From Gemmatimonadota bacterium (lineage in GTDB: Bacteria > Gemmatimonadota > Gemmatimonadetes > Longimicrobiales > Gaopeijiaceae), in assembly GCA_022571515.1 (NCBI GenBank), contig JACZXQ010000014.1, forward strand, positions 27,913 through 91,912: a stretch of DNA of 64,000 bases, given 5' to 3'. The translations under genes were made by a program, and so were the position numbers. The first letter of the stretch is position 1; every line of letters starts with the position of its first letter. Shown here piece after piece: positions 1 through 8,748 of the stretch. The notes under the pieces are model-generated. The model was not told the origin of the DNA. It ran no database searches and saw only the letters and a list, made by a program, of their open reading frames with translations.

Positions 1-391
1 GGTTCCCGTCGAACAGGAAGAAGTCGGGCGTGCAGGCGGCCTTGTAGGCCTTGGCCACCGATTGATCTTCGTCGTAGAGGTAGGGGAAGGTATACCCCAC
101 CTCGGCGACTTCGCGGACCATCGCCTCGGGTGAGTCGGAGGGATAGTGCTCGGCATCGTTCGAGCTTATCCCGACCACTCCGATCCCCTTCGCCTGGCAC
201 TCGCGGCCAAAATCTGCCAATTGAGCCCGTAGATGCTTCACGAACGGGCAGTGGTTACACATGAAGACCGCAAGGAATCCCCGCGCCGTCGCCACGTCCT
301 CCAAGGTCACCACGCGCCCGGATGTGTCCGGCAGGGCGAAGGCGGGCGCACTCATCCCCAGCGGCGGCATCGTGGACGGGATCTCGGCCAT
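1..391 (-). CDS. thioredoxin-fold (AhpC/TSA-like) protein, C-terminal part outside window
   Basis: My own reverse translation from the ATG at 389-391 gives MAEIPSTMPPLGMSAPAFALPDTSGRVVTLEDVATARGFLAVFMCNHCPFVKHL.... There is a CxxC (CNHC) in a thioredoxin-fold context. The frame stays open to the window edge and is not in the supplied ORF track. Confidence 0.6.
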   Translation of the reverse strand, partial: MAEIPSTMPPLGMSAPAFALPDTSGRVVTLEDVATARGFLAVFMCNHCPFVKHLRAQLADFGRECQAKGIGVVGISSNDAEHYPSDSPEAMVREVAEVGYTFPYLYDEDQSVAKAYKAACTPDFFLFDGN

Positions 392-434
392 GGGTCTCTC
401 TCTGGTGAGGGTAGACGGGTCGCGAAACCGACTT

Positions 435-938
435 TCACACCCCGGCTCTCGGCGGACGTTCCGCGCGCCATGGGCCGTCGCACAGCATCAACAGCAACGA
501 CTCCAGCTCGACCAGCGAGGCGGCGAATGCGGGAGGTGGGTCCCTCCCCTCTCCAGACCTGGCCACTACACGCAACTCCTGGATCGCCTTCGACAGTTTG
601 CGAACCGACTCCGGGAGCCCCTCATCGGCCGCCATGGCCTTCAAATGATCGTCGCTCAAACCCGGTCCGCCGCCCGTGAGGCGGCCTCGCAAGGATCTCG
701 TATCCAGGTCTGCGATGGTTCCTACGGGATTGCCGAGGTCGGTGAGCGCCCTGATCAGCTTCAACCGCTCGATATCGTCGGCACTGTAGAGCCTGAACCC
801 ACCCGGCGTGCGAGAAGGACGCACCGCCTGGTTGCGAGCCTCCCACGACCTCAACGTCTCGGGCGGGATGCCGGTCATCCGAGAAACCTGCCCGATTCGG
901 AAGCGACCCTGTGGGCCCGTGCTACTCGTCATGAGCAT
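435..938 (-). CDS. MerR family transcriptional regulator
   Basis: Contains the HTH FRIGQVSRMTGIPPETLRSWEARNQAVRPSRTPGGFRLYSADDIERLKLIRAL, typical of MerR N-terminal domains. The start was chosen at internal Met17 (MLMTSS); the track ORF runs to 986. Confidence 0.75.
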   Translation of the reverse strand: MLMTSSTGPQGRFRIGQVSRMTGIPPETLRSWEARNQAVRPSRTPGGFRLYSADDIERLKLIRALTDLGNPVGTIADLDTRSLRGRLTGGGPGLSDDHLKAMAADEGLPESVRKLSKAIQELRVVARSGEGRDPPPAFAASLVELESLLLMLCDGPWRAERPPRAGV

Positions 939-986
939 TGAACTGCAGTCTAGTACCGGTGTAGGCAAGGCCACCCGTGATTTCAT

Positions 987-1796
987 GTGCCGAATCGAGT
1001 CATGCGCCTGGTTTCCCTTGCGTGCTCAAATACAGAGATCGTAGCTGCCCTGGGACGCGCCGACCTCCTGGTAGGAGTAGATGACCACTCGGACTATCCC
1101 GCCGAGGTCGTCGGACCGTTGCCGAGGGTGGGCCCCGACCTTGAAGTCGACATCGAGAAGGTGGTGGCGCTCGAGCCCGACCTCGTTCTCGCCAGCCTGA
1201 CCGTGCCCGGTCACGAGGTCGTCGTGGACGGGCTCCGCGAGGCCGGCCTGCCCTTCATCGCCCCGCGCCCTGAATCTCTAGCGGACGTGTATGGGGACAT
1301 CCTGAGGATCGGCGGTCTGCTGGACGCAGAGCGAGAGGCGGCGGTCCTGGTCGGCGACATGCAAGGGGCGCTCGAGGGCGGGCCACCCATGGGCGATCCG
1401 CCAAGTGTGCTGGTGCAATGGTGGCCAAAGCCGGTGATCGCGCCAGGCGCTAAGAGCTGGGTAACCGATCTGCTGTGCGCCGTAGGGGGGAGGAACGTCC
1501 TCGAGGATGACGACTGCAAGAGCCGCCCGCTTACGGACGACGAGGTCCGTGAGCTCGCACCTGATGCGATCGTAATCTCCTGGTGTGGTGTCGCGCCCGA
1601 GAGGTACCGGCCCGACGTTGTGCTCGAAAAGAATGTATGGCAGGATCTGGAGGCGGTCGCCCGACGGCGGGTCTATTGCGTCCCCGAGGCCTACCTGGGG
1701 CGCCCAGGCCCACGGCTGGTCGAAGGCGCGCAAGCTCTGCGCAGGATTGTAGCGGGGTTGAGCGACCCAGCGAGGCGCCCGCCGGGGTCGAGATAG
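987..1796 (+). CDS. BtuF/FhuD-type (cobalamin/siderophore-like) binding-fold protein without an obvious signal peptide
   Basis: RLVSLACSNTEIVAALGRADLLVGVDDHSDYP...EPDLVLAS matches the helical-backbone periplasmic-binding fold. It is divergent from the MerR gene. The true start may be Met6 at 1002. Confidence 0.6.
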   Translation: MPNRVMRLVSLACSNTEIVAALGRADLLVGVDDHSDYPAEVVGPLPRVGPDLEVDIEKVVALEPDLVLASLTVPGHEVVVDGLREAGLPFIAPRPESLADVYGDILRIGGLLDAEREAAVLVGDMQGALEGGPPMGDPPSVLVQWWPKPVIAPGAKSWVTDLLCAVGGRNVLEDDDCKSRPLTDDEVRELAPDAIVISWCGVAPERYRPDVVLEKNVWQDLEAVARRRVYCVPEAYLGRPGPRLVEGAQALRRIVAGLSDPARRPPGSR

Positions 1797-1821
1797 GGCT
1801 GAGGATACCGGGAAGGAGACC

Positions 1822-2892
1822 ATGGGGGATTTCGTGACGTCGGGGTTCCACCACATCACGATGGTGGCACGCGATGCCCAGCAGACCGTGGATTTCTACC
1901 GCGACCGGTTGGGCGTTCCCATTGTCAAACGGACCGTAAACTTCGACGACCCCGACGCCTACCACCTCTACTTTGGACATGAGTCGGGAGCGCCCGGCAC
2001 CATCCTCACCTTCTTCGAGTGGCCCCATGCGTCCCGCGGCCAGTTCGGTATTGGTGGAATCCATCACCTGGCTCTCTCGGTCGAGACGGTCGAGGCCCAA
2101 CTCATGTGGAAGCGCTGGCTGAACGACGCCGGCACCCCAACCACCGGTCCGTACGACCGCGGGTGGTTCAGCAGTCTGTACTTTCGCGATCCGGATGGGC
2201 AGATCCTCGAGATCGCCACCGCCGGCCCAGGCTATTCCCTCGACGAGCCACCCGATGCGCTCGGTGAGCGGGAGATCGAGCCGGCGGTCGAGCGCACCCA
2301 CGGGCACCGCGACGAAGCCGCAATCGCCGCACTCACGCATCCGGAGCCGGTCGACGCCATGACGGACGCGATGACGCTTACGGGCATCCACCACATCTCC
2401 GGGATCACGACCGACCTCGAGCGGGCGAATGAATTCTACTCGGCGGCGCTCGGGCTCCGGCTGGTCAAACGCACGGTGAACCAGGATGACGGCTCCATGA
2501 GGCATCATTTCTGGGCGCATTACGACGGGCAGAATGTGGCAGCGCGGAGCTCGCTCACGCTTTTCGAATGGCTCGACGACGGCAAGCACGCCCGGGGAGG
2601 GTACGGGCAAACCCACCACATCGCGTTTCGTGCTTCTAGCGAAGACGAGCAGCTCGCGTGGCGAGACCACCTCATCTCGCTCGGCCTCGATGTCACCACC
2701 GTTCAGGATCGCAAGTACTTCAAGAGCATCTACTTCCGCGCGCCCGACGGGCTCCTGCTGGAGATCGCCACGGATAGTCCGGGCTTCACCCTGGATGAGG
2801 ACCCGGCCGATCTCGGTACCGACCTACAGCTTCCGGCCTGGCTCGAGGATCGGCGCGACGAGATCGCCGCCCGGCTCACGCCACTACGCTGA
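1822..2892 (+). CDS. two-domain VOC-family ring-cleaving dioxygenase (MhqO/MhqA-like)
   Basis: GFHHITMVARDAQQTVDFYRDRLG...YHLYFG...IHHLALSV is repeated in the second half (GIHHISGITTDLERANEFYSAALG...HHIAFR). Confidence 0.8.
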   Translation: MGDFVTSGFHHITMVARDAQQTVDFYRDRLGVPIVKRTVNFDDPDAYHLYFGHESGAPGTILTFFEWPHASRGQFGIGGIHHLALSVETVEAQLMWKRWLNDAGTPTTGPYDRGWFSSLYFRDPDGQILEIATAGPGYSLDEPPDALGEREIEPAVERTHGHRDEAAIAALTHPEPVDAMTDAMTLTGIHHISGITTDLERANEFYSAALGLRLVKRTVNQDDGSMRHHFWAHYDGQNVAARSSLTLFEWLDDGKHARGGYGQTHHIAFRASSEDEQLAWRDHLISLGLDVTTVQDRKYFKSIYFRAPDGLLLEIATDSPGFTLDEDPADLGTDLQLPAWLEDRRDEIAARLTPLR

Positions 2893-2900
2893 CGAACACG

Positions 2901-3545
2901 GTGCTCACGTACGAAATCCGGATTCCACATGATGTCCAGGACGGAGCGCGTCTGTGCGTCCTCCTCCACGGGCGGGGAACGGACCGTCACGATCTGCTCC
3001 CGCTCGCGACTCACCTGCCGTCGGGATCGATCGTGGTCACCCCCCAAGGGCCTCACCCTGGTGCACCGTGGGGCTATGGGGCCGGTTGGGCGTGGTACCG
3101 CCACGTCGAGGAGAATCGGGTCGAGTCGGAGGGGTTCCATGCGAGCCTCGCTGCGCTCGAGAGTTTTCTCGCCGAGCTTCCGGCTATCCTGCCTGTCGCA
3201 CCCGGACCGCTCGTCCTTGGCGGGTTCTCGCAGGGCGGAACCACCTCCTTGGCCTACGCGCTGACGAGGCCCGGGACCGTCGCCTCGGTACTCGATCTCA
3301 GCGGCTTCCTGGTGGACGATACCAAAGTGCCGGTGACATCGGACGCACTCTCGGGAACGCGTATTTTCTGGGGCCACGGCACGCTGGACATGGTCGTCCA
3401 CCATTCCCTGGCGGTCTCCGGGCGGGCACTGCTCCGGTCGCTCGACGCCGACCTTACCGAGCGAGACTACCCGATGGGTCACCAGATCTCCGCGGATGAA
3501 CTGGCAGACATCACGGCCTGGTTGTCTGGGGCCCCTAGGCGCTAA
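2901..3545 (+). CDS. phospholipase/carboxylesterase-type alpha/beta hydrolase (MhqD-like)
   Basis: LLHGRGTD...GFSQGG nucleophile elbow ...HG..D near the C-terminus. GTG start. Immediately downstream of the dioxygenase. Confidence 0.75.
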   Translation: MLTYEIRIPHDVQDGARLCVLLHGRGTDRHDLLPLATHLPSGSIVVTPQGPHPGAPWGYGAGWAWYRHVEENRVESEGFHASLAALESFLAELPAILPVAPGPLVLGGFSQGGTTSLAYALTRPGTVASVLDLSGFLVDDTKVPVTSDALSGTRIFWGHGTLDMVVHHSLAVSGRALLRSLDADLTERDYPMGHQISADELADITAWLSGAPRR

Positions 3546-3640
3546 ACTGTAGACCGAAGGTCAGCAGTATCAGTAGGGCGAGGGCGAAACTTACGGTCTC
3601 CCTAATCCGTCCATTTGGGGGACTCGATCGAGGAGTACGC

Positions 3641-3940
3641 ATGGGGCCGGAATTCTGGGTGGGGATCGCCGCAGTGTTCGTAAGCGGTGGAGCCCTTGGG
3701 GCGGGCGGCGCCCTCCTGACGCAGTGGATGATCCGAAAGGTCAGCAACGAACCCGATCGTTCCTTGAGATCCGCGGATCCGCGCGCTACCGAGTTGCTCA
3801 GGGCCGAGGTCGCCGACTTGAACGAGCAGTTGGCCTCCATCCATCAGCGTTTGGACTTCACTGAGCAGCTACTGGAGGGCGCCATCCCGCTTTCGCGCCC
3901 GACTCCGAGGGTGCTGCGAAATCGGACGGACGTGGACTAG
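3641..3940 (+). CDS. small membrane-anchored protein with coiled-coil tail, unknown function
   Basis: One N-terminal TM (FWVGIAAVFVSGGALGAGGALL) followed by a heptad-like segment. No family recognised. Confidence 0.4.
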   Translation: MGPEFWVGIAAVFVSGGALGAGGALLTQWMIRKVSNEPDRSLRSADPRATELLRAEVADLNEQLASIHQRLDFTEQLLEGAIPLSRPTPRVLRNRTDVD

Positions 3941-4425
3941 CCCCCCCCCTCGCCGTCCAATTGCTCGGGCAGGGTAATGAGTTCGATAATCTTGAACCGC
4001 CGCTCCCCGACAGGAAGCTGGATCACCACTTCCTCGTCCTTGCGCGCACCGAGGAGCCCCCTTCCGAACGGCGACGCCATGGACACGTGGTCACCGTCGA
4101 GGCTCATGAAATCTCCGGCAACGATGGTCAGCGAGAGCCTCTCGTCCAGGGCAAGATCTTGGATCTCGACCTTTGACCCGAAACCGACACGGTCGCTGGG
4201 CATCTGCGACACGTCGATCTTGGACAGCTCGGCCACACGGCTGGTGAGATGCCCGAGGCGGGCCTGCACGAACTGCTGCCGCTCCAGGGCCGACTTGTAC
4301 TCCGCGTTTTCTCGGAGGTCCCCCAACTCCACGGCCTTTTGGATCCGACCGGGAAGCTCGACGTTCAATTCGTGGGTCAGGCGGGCGATCTCGTCTTCGA
4401 GCCTTGCGCGAATTTCTTCGATCAT
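3937..4425 (-). CDS. greA: transcription elongation factor GreA
   Basis: MIEEIRARLEDEIARLTHEL...AVELGDLRENAEYKSALERQQFVQARLGHL...GSKV...SMASPFGRGLLG. Start taken at Met13 of the track ORF, which has a G-rich SD 7 nt upstream. Confidence 0.9.
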   Translation of the reverse strand: MIEEIRARLEDEIARLTHELNVELPGRIQKAVELGDLRENAEYKSALERQQFVQARLGHLTSRVAELSKIDVSQMPSDRVGFGSKVEIQDLALDERLSLTIVAGDFMSLDGDHVSMASPFGRGLLGARKDEEVVIQLPVGERRFKIIELITLPEQLDGEGGG

Positions 4426-4570
4426 GGCAAACCCCCCGCGCTGTGAGGTCTCCCGGACCAATCGGCTGGACAGAACTACGTCCCAACCGAAGCCACCGAG
4501 GGGACCAGCGAAAGAAAAGAGCCGCCACCCGGGGAGAATGTCCGCAGGGGAGGCTGGTACCGTATAAGAT

Positions 4571-4616
4571 AGCGTGCCCCCCCGGCGCCGTGAAAGTCCC
4601 TCTGGGGGGGGGCGCT
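4571..4616 (-). terminator. GC-rich hairpin downstream of the amidinotransferase gene
   Basis: The arms agcgtgccccccc (4571-4583) and gggggggggcgct (4604-4616) are near-complementary. On the minus strand the hairpin follows the stop at 4643 and precedes a moderately U-rich stretch. Confidence 0.4.
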
Positions 4617-4642
4617 TCAGACCTCAGGGCGGCAAGCGGGCG

Positions 4643-5518
4643 CTATGTATAGCGCTCTAGGGGCCTCGTGAGGCAAGTGGGTCCACCTGAGCCCTTGAGA
4701 CAGATCTCGCGCGCCTCGAACTCGTGAACTTCGACCCCGGCGGCGATGAGACGCCTCATGGTCTCGGGCGCACCCGCAGCCATCACGCACACCCGCGGCG
4801 CAACGGCCAGGACGTTGCAGGCGAGACCGTCGATCTCGCTCGGGTGCGCTTCGACCAACTCGACATCCCTCGAGAGCAGGAGCTGTCGAAACGGCACAGG
4901 CAGGAGCGGTGAGTGGACCAGGGCGAGGTCCCCGCCAAGCGGGCTGAGCATCGACATCAGGTGAAACACGTCGGACGGGCCCTTCCCGTGGAGTAAGGGT
5001 ACGAGAACCATCTCCACCCCTCCAGGAAGCAACGCCCCAAATTGGCGAGCACCCTCGGCATTGGTGCGGTAACCGAGGCCCACGGCCACCGTTCGGTCAT
5101 CCAACCAGACCACGTCGCCGCCCTCCAGTCGGCCGTTGCCCTCCACTCGACCGACTACGGGGATCCCCCACTTCCGGTAGGCAGCCTCGTGCGCTTCGGG
5201 CTCACCGGCGCGCGCCGGCTTGCCCATGTTGCACAGGACGACTCCCCGGTCGGTGACCACGGAGGCATCGCGAACGTACAACGAGTCCAAGCCCACGTCC
5301 GGATCGAGGGGCAGGAACAGGCATTCGATCCTGAACCGGTCGAGTACTGTGATGAAGTCGTCGAACTCCTGGACCGCACGCTCGTAGTCAGGCGGCCGTA
5401 GATAGCCGAGTTCCTTCCACCGGCGTTCAATGCACGGGAGATCGACAAACGCTTCGCGCGCGTGCTTCACAACGACACGCCGCAGCGTGCCCACCTCGGA
5501 GTGAAACGTCGTGGTCAT
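4643..5518 (-). CDS. amidinotransferase-superfamily enzyme (dimethylarginine dimethylaminohydrolase / arginine deiminase-like)
   Basis: DSLYVRDASVV...GGDVVWLDDRTVAVGLGYRTN...C-terminal GSGGPTCLTRPL carrying the catalytic Cys motif of the guanidino-modifying family. Confidence 0.75.
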   Translation of the reverse strand: MTTTFHSEVGTLRRVVVKHAREAFVDLPCIERRWKELGYLRPPDYERAVQEFDDFITVLDRFRIECLFLPLDPDVGLDSLYVRDASVVTDRGVVLCNMGKPARAGEPEAHEAAYRKWGIPVVGRVEGNGRLEGGDVVWLDDRTVAVGLGYRTNAEGARQFGALLPGGVEMVLVPLLHGKGPSDVFHLMSMLSPLGGDLALVHSPLLPVPFRQLLLSRDVELVEAHPSEIDGLACNVLAVAPRVCVMAAGAPETMRRLIAAGVEVHEFEAREICLKGSGGPTCLTRPLERYT

Positions 5519-5571
5519 GCGGGCAATGTTCGCCCCGGCCGCCGGAGCCGCCAGGGCTGTGCGGAGGAGGA

Positions 5572-6072
5572 CTACCTCTCGAGGCGCGGATCCGGATCGT
5601 CGAGCACCGCCTGGGTTCGACCCTGCCGGTACTCGCGTACTGCCTCCCGGATCTCCGGGTATTTGGACCCCATGATCTCGCCCGCGAAGACGGCTGCGTT
5701 GATCGCACCGGCCTTGCCGATGGCGAGGGTACCAACCGGAATACCGGCCGGCATCTGTACGATGGAGAGCAGCGAATCGAGACCCTGGAGCATCGACGTC
5801 ATGGGCACGCCGAGGACCGGAAGCACGGTCTTGCCCGCAGCCATACCCGCGAGGTGCGCGGCCCCACCGGCCCCCGTGATGATCACCTCCAGGCCGCGCT
5901 CTTCGGCAGTCGATGCGTACTCGAAAAGAAGGTCAGGCGTACGGTGCCCGGAGATGATCCGAACCTCGTGTGGAATGCCTAAAGTCTCGAGCGTGTCGAC
6001 GGCGTTGCGCATGGTCTCCCAGTCCGAACGAGACCCCATGAGCACGCCGACCAAAGGGGTCGGATCGTCCAT
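5572..6072 (-). CDS. purE: 5-(carboxyamino)imidazole ribonucleotide mutase
   Basis: VGVLMGSRSDWETMRNAVDTLETLGIPHEVRIISGHRTPD...ITGAGGAAHLAGMAAGKTVLPVLGVP. Confidence 0.92.
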   Translation of the reverse strand: MDDPTPLVGVLMGSRSDWETMRNAVDTLETLGIPHEVRIISGHRTPDLLFEYASTAEERGLEVIITGAGGAAHLAGMAAGKTVLPVLGVPMTSMLQGLDSLLSIVQMPAGIPVGTLAIGKAGAINAAVFAGEIMGSKYPEIREAVREYRQGRTQAVLDDPDPRLER

Positions 6073-6130
6073 GCCCGAGGAGGTAGCACGCGGGCCATGG
6101 TCCGGTCAAGGGGTGGGCACTCGACTGTAG

Positions 6131-6387
6131 GCACAGGTATACCTCATCCCCGAGGAGCGGGCCAAGTTGGACGAAGCGGCCCGAGAGCTGGCGTGTCCCG
6201 CTCCGAGACTCTGCGGCGCGGCATCGAGACCGTGCAACGCCCACGGGCGGCAGGAGTGTTCCGCGAGCTCGTGGACGAAGGCCTGCTCACACCAGCCCTG
6301 GCTCCCGGCAGCGGCCCACCCCCGTCCGCCCCCGTGGCGACGCTCGAGGTGTTGATGTGCGAGCTCGACGCTGATCGCGCGGAGTGA
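6131..6387 (+). pseudogene. ribbon-helix-helix (CopG/VapB-like) antitoxin, apparently frameshifted
   Basis: The strand/helix-1 part VYLIPEERAKLDEAARELA is in one frame, preceded by TAG and with no start codon. The helix-2 part VSRSETLRRGIETV... is in the frame that ends at TGA 6385-6387. The two join if one base is restored near 6195. Confidence 0.5.
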
Positions 6388-6710
6388 TCATATACCTCGA
6401 CACCTCGGTGGTCCTCGCCCACCTGCTTGCGGAAGACCGGCGTCCTCCGGCCGAGCTCTGGGGCGAGGAACTCGTGGCAAGCCGGCTCTTGGAGTACGAA
6501 CTTTGGACGCGCATTCATGCCCGAGGCCTGGCCCGATCACACTCCGATGCAGTGCGCCTGTCGCTCGCCCGAATCACGTTCTTGGATCTTGGCCGCTCCG
6601 TACAAACGCGGGCGCTCCAGCCCTTCCCGGTCGCCGTCCGAACCATGACGATGTCCCGGGAGGCGCGACCGATCATCGCCCTGTGGGACAGGCCCCACCC
6701 TAGTTCATGA
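6384..6710 (+). CDS. PIN-domain (VapC-like) protein, C-terminal half atypical
   Basis: MIIYLDTSVVLAHLL is a typical PIN N-terminus, and the start overlaps the upstream stop in a 4-nt overlap. The region where the LDALHLA-type acidic motif is expected reads RTMTMSREA. Confidence 0.5.
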   Translation: MIIYLDTSVVLAHLLAEDRRPPAELWGEELVASRLLEYELWTRIHARGLARSHSDAVRLSLARITFLDLGRSVQTRALQPFPVAVRTMTMSREARPIIALWDRPHPSS

Positions 6711-8382
6711 TCACCGACGGCAACGCCACGGGGGCCATCACCTTGTAGATCGGCACCACCGGTGGACCCGCCGGCCCACCTCGGCGACCGCCACGGCCCG
6801 GAGGGCCACCACGGTTGCCAGGCCGGCCACCACGAGCCCCTGCCCCACGCCCACCCGGGCCGCCGTCCCGCCGCCCGGCATTGGCCTGACCGTTGGCCTC
6901 GAGGGCGGCCTTGGGCAGCCACGCGTCCATCGTGTTCCAGTAGACCACGTTGTCGGCCGTCTCCGGCTCCAGCATGTGCGATACCAGACGGCCCAGCATC
7001 TGGCCGGTGGGTACCACGAAGGTGCCGGCCGGGAAGTCCCGCTCGAGCGTCACGACGTCGCCCAACTGGACGCGCACCGCCCCGGCGTGGTTGTAGGCCT
7101 GCTCGTACGTGACACCGGCGAGGGTGTACGCGGTCACCTGCACGGTCGCGGGCCGCGTGAGCACCTCCACGGTAATCCCATGGCGCTGTAGCATCGCCAC
7201 CGCGTCCACGGCGTCTCTGGGAAGCATGTACGCGTACGGCCTTGGCCGAGTCTTGGTGGCGATCGGCCGCTTCATGAGCGAATCACTCTGGACGGTGATC
7301 ACCCGGCGATCATCACCTTCCCCGATCCGGACCTGATACTCCACCGTGTAATCCTCAGGCCCGTACTCCATCTCCACGACGATGTCGCCCCGCGCGCTCA
7401 GACCCATTTCGATGGTCTCGATGCGGGCACGGTTCACCGTCTCGATCAACCGGTCCGCGTTGTCGCGGGCATACTCCAGCACGGCCTTGAACGCGAGAAT
7501 GCCCGACGCGACACCGTCGGACAGCTCCTGGGTCGTCGGCGACTCGAAGAGGATGCCCACAGAGTTGATGAAGCCGCCGTAGTTACGTCCGATGCGAGCC
7601 TCCGAACCTCCACCGTTCCAGCGGGTCTCTGTCCCCCGGCTGTAGTAAAAAGCCTGATAGCCATCGGCCTCCAGCCGAGCGTTGATGGCCGGGAAGATCT
7701 CCTGATCACACAGCAATGTGAGGCGCTGGTCCAGCTCGGCATGGCTGGGGCACTGGTAATTCAGGTTGTAGGGAAAGGCGCCACCGTTGTGTCCATCTAC
7801 GAATACGTGTGGACGCCAGCGTTGGATGACGTGCCGGGCGTACGCCGTGAGCGCCGGCTGCTCGAGCTTGACCCAGTCGCGGTTCATGTCGATGCCCCAC
7901 GCGTTTCCGCGCGTACTCCTGGGTGTCGCCTCGAAACCGTCGGGGTTGATCTGGGGGGCCACGAGGATCACCAGGTCGTCCAGCAGGGCGTTCGCTTCCG
8001 TCCCGGGCGTCGAAAGCTCCCTGATCAAGATCAGCAGGGACTCACGCAGGGTGCGCTCCCCGCCGTGCACGTTCGCGTTCAGAGAGACTACAGGTCGCCC
8101 CAGCACCGCGGCCTCCCACGGCTGGCTCACCAGCGGACGGCTGAAGATCGCATACGGAAGCTCCCTCCCCTCCCGGGACTTGCCGTAGACCCCGAGCCTC
8201 ATATCGGTGCTCGACGCCCGAACCTCGCGGAGGTAGGTCATCATGCTGTCATAGGCCGTGTAGACCGTGAACCCCGACGCCTCCGACTGAGTCCTGAGAT
8301 CCTGGGCGCCAAGCTGGGACGCGCCCAGGAGCGTACTCGCACCCAGCATGACGTGAAGGAAACGGAAACAGAGTGATCTCAT
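6700..8382 (-). CDS. secreted M14-family zinc carboxypeptidase with Gly/Arg/Pro-rich C-terminal tail
   Basis: Signal peptide, NANVHGGERT (HxxE zinc site), GIDMNRDW and DGHNGG. The tail reads GRRDGGPGGRGAGARGGRPGNRGGPPGRGGRRGGPAGPP. Confidence 0.8.
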   Translation of the reverse strand: MRSLCFRFLHVMLGASTLLGASQLGAQDLRTQSEASGFTVYTAYDSMMTYLREVRASSTDMRLGVYGKSREGRELPYAIFSRPLVSQPWEAAVLGRPVVSLNANVHGGERTLRESLLILIRELSTPGTEANALLDDLVILVAPQINPDGFEATPRSTRGNAWGIDMNRDWVKLEQPALTAYARHVIQRWRPHVFVDGHNGGAFPYNLNYQCPSHAELDQRLTLLCDQEIFPAINARLEADGYQAFYYSRGTETRWNGGGSEARIGRNYGGFINSVGILFESPTTQELSDGVASGILAFKAVLEYARDNADRLIETVNRARIETIEMGLSARGDIVVEMEYGPEDYTVEYQVRIGEGDDRRVITVQSDSLMKRPIATKTRPRPYAYMLPRDAVDAVAMLQRHGITVEVLTRPATVQVTAYTLAGVTYEQAYNHAGAVRVQLGDVVTLERDFPAGTFVVPTGQMLGRLVSHMLEPETADNVVYWNTMDAWLPKAALEANGQANAGRRDGGPGGRGAGARGGRPGNRGGPPGRGGRRGGPAGPPVVPIYKVMAPVALPSVIMN

Positions 8383-8748
8383 CTCGGGACTCTCATTCGT
8401 GTCGGGAAACGGCCTGAAACCGTGACAGTATCCGGCCTCGAGGGGTGGGCAAGCTCACCGCTCGGGGAGGGTGATGTTCTCGGAAACCTCGCCACCGGGC
8501 GCCAGTATCTCCAACGACACGAGCGTTCGCGTCGCCCTGGATAAACTCCAAGATGAGGCCACAATTGACAGCCTGAATGTCCGCAACCCCTTTAACGGCG
8601 CGTCGATTCCCCATGTCGGCCAAGCCTCGATCGCCCGGCAGGCGTACACAGTCCGAACCCCAGCGGAAGGAAACACTTGTTTTTTTTCCCGAAATGGCCG
8701 CATTTTCATTGGATTCCCTAACCGATTGAATCGCGGGAGGCTCGAAGG

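Noticed and set aside
1531-2670. Long antisense or shifted-frame ORFs throughout the track. Examples: 1531..2670(-), 8455..9696(-), 12144..13553(+), 15076..16476(+), 25917..27134(-), 36078..37223(+), 37729..38808(+), 40832..41980(+), 43127..44152(+).
   Set aside because: They lie opposite or out of frame to genes with clear family signatures. They are rich in Arg/Pro/Gly/Ala, as expected for shadow ORFs in high-GC DNA, and show no recognisable motifs.
4640-4657. The perfect palindrome gcgctat-gt-atagcgc.
   Set aside because: It straddles the last codons and stop of the amidinotransferase gene (..ERYT*), so it is largely constrained by coding sequence. No regulatory context is evident.
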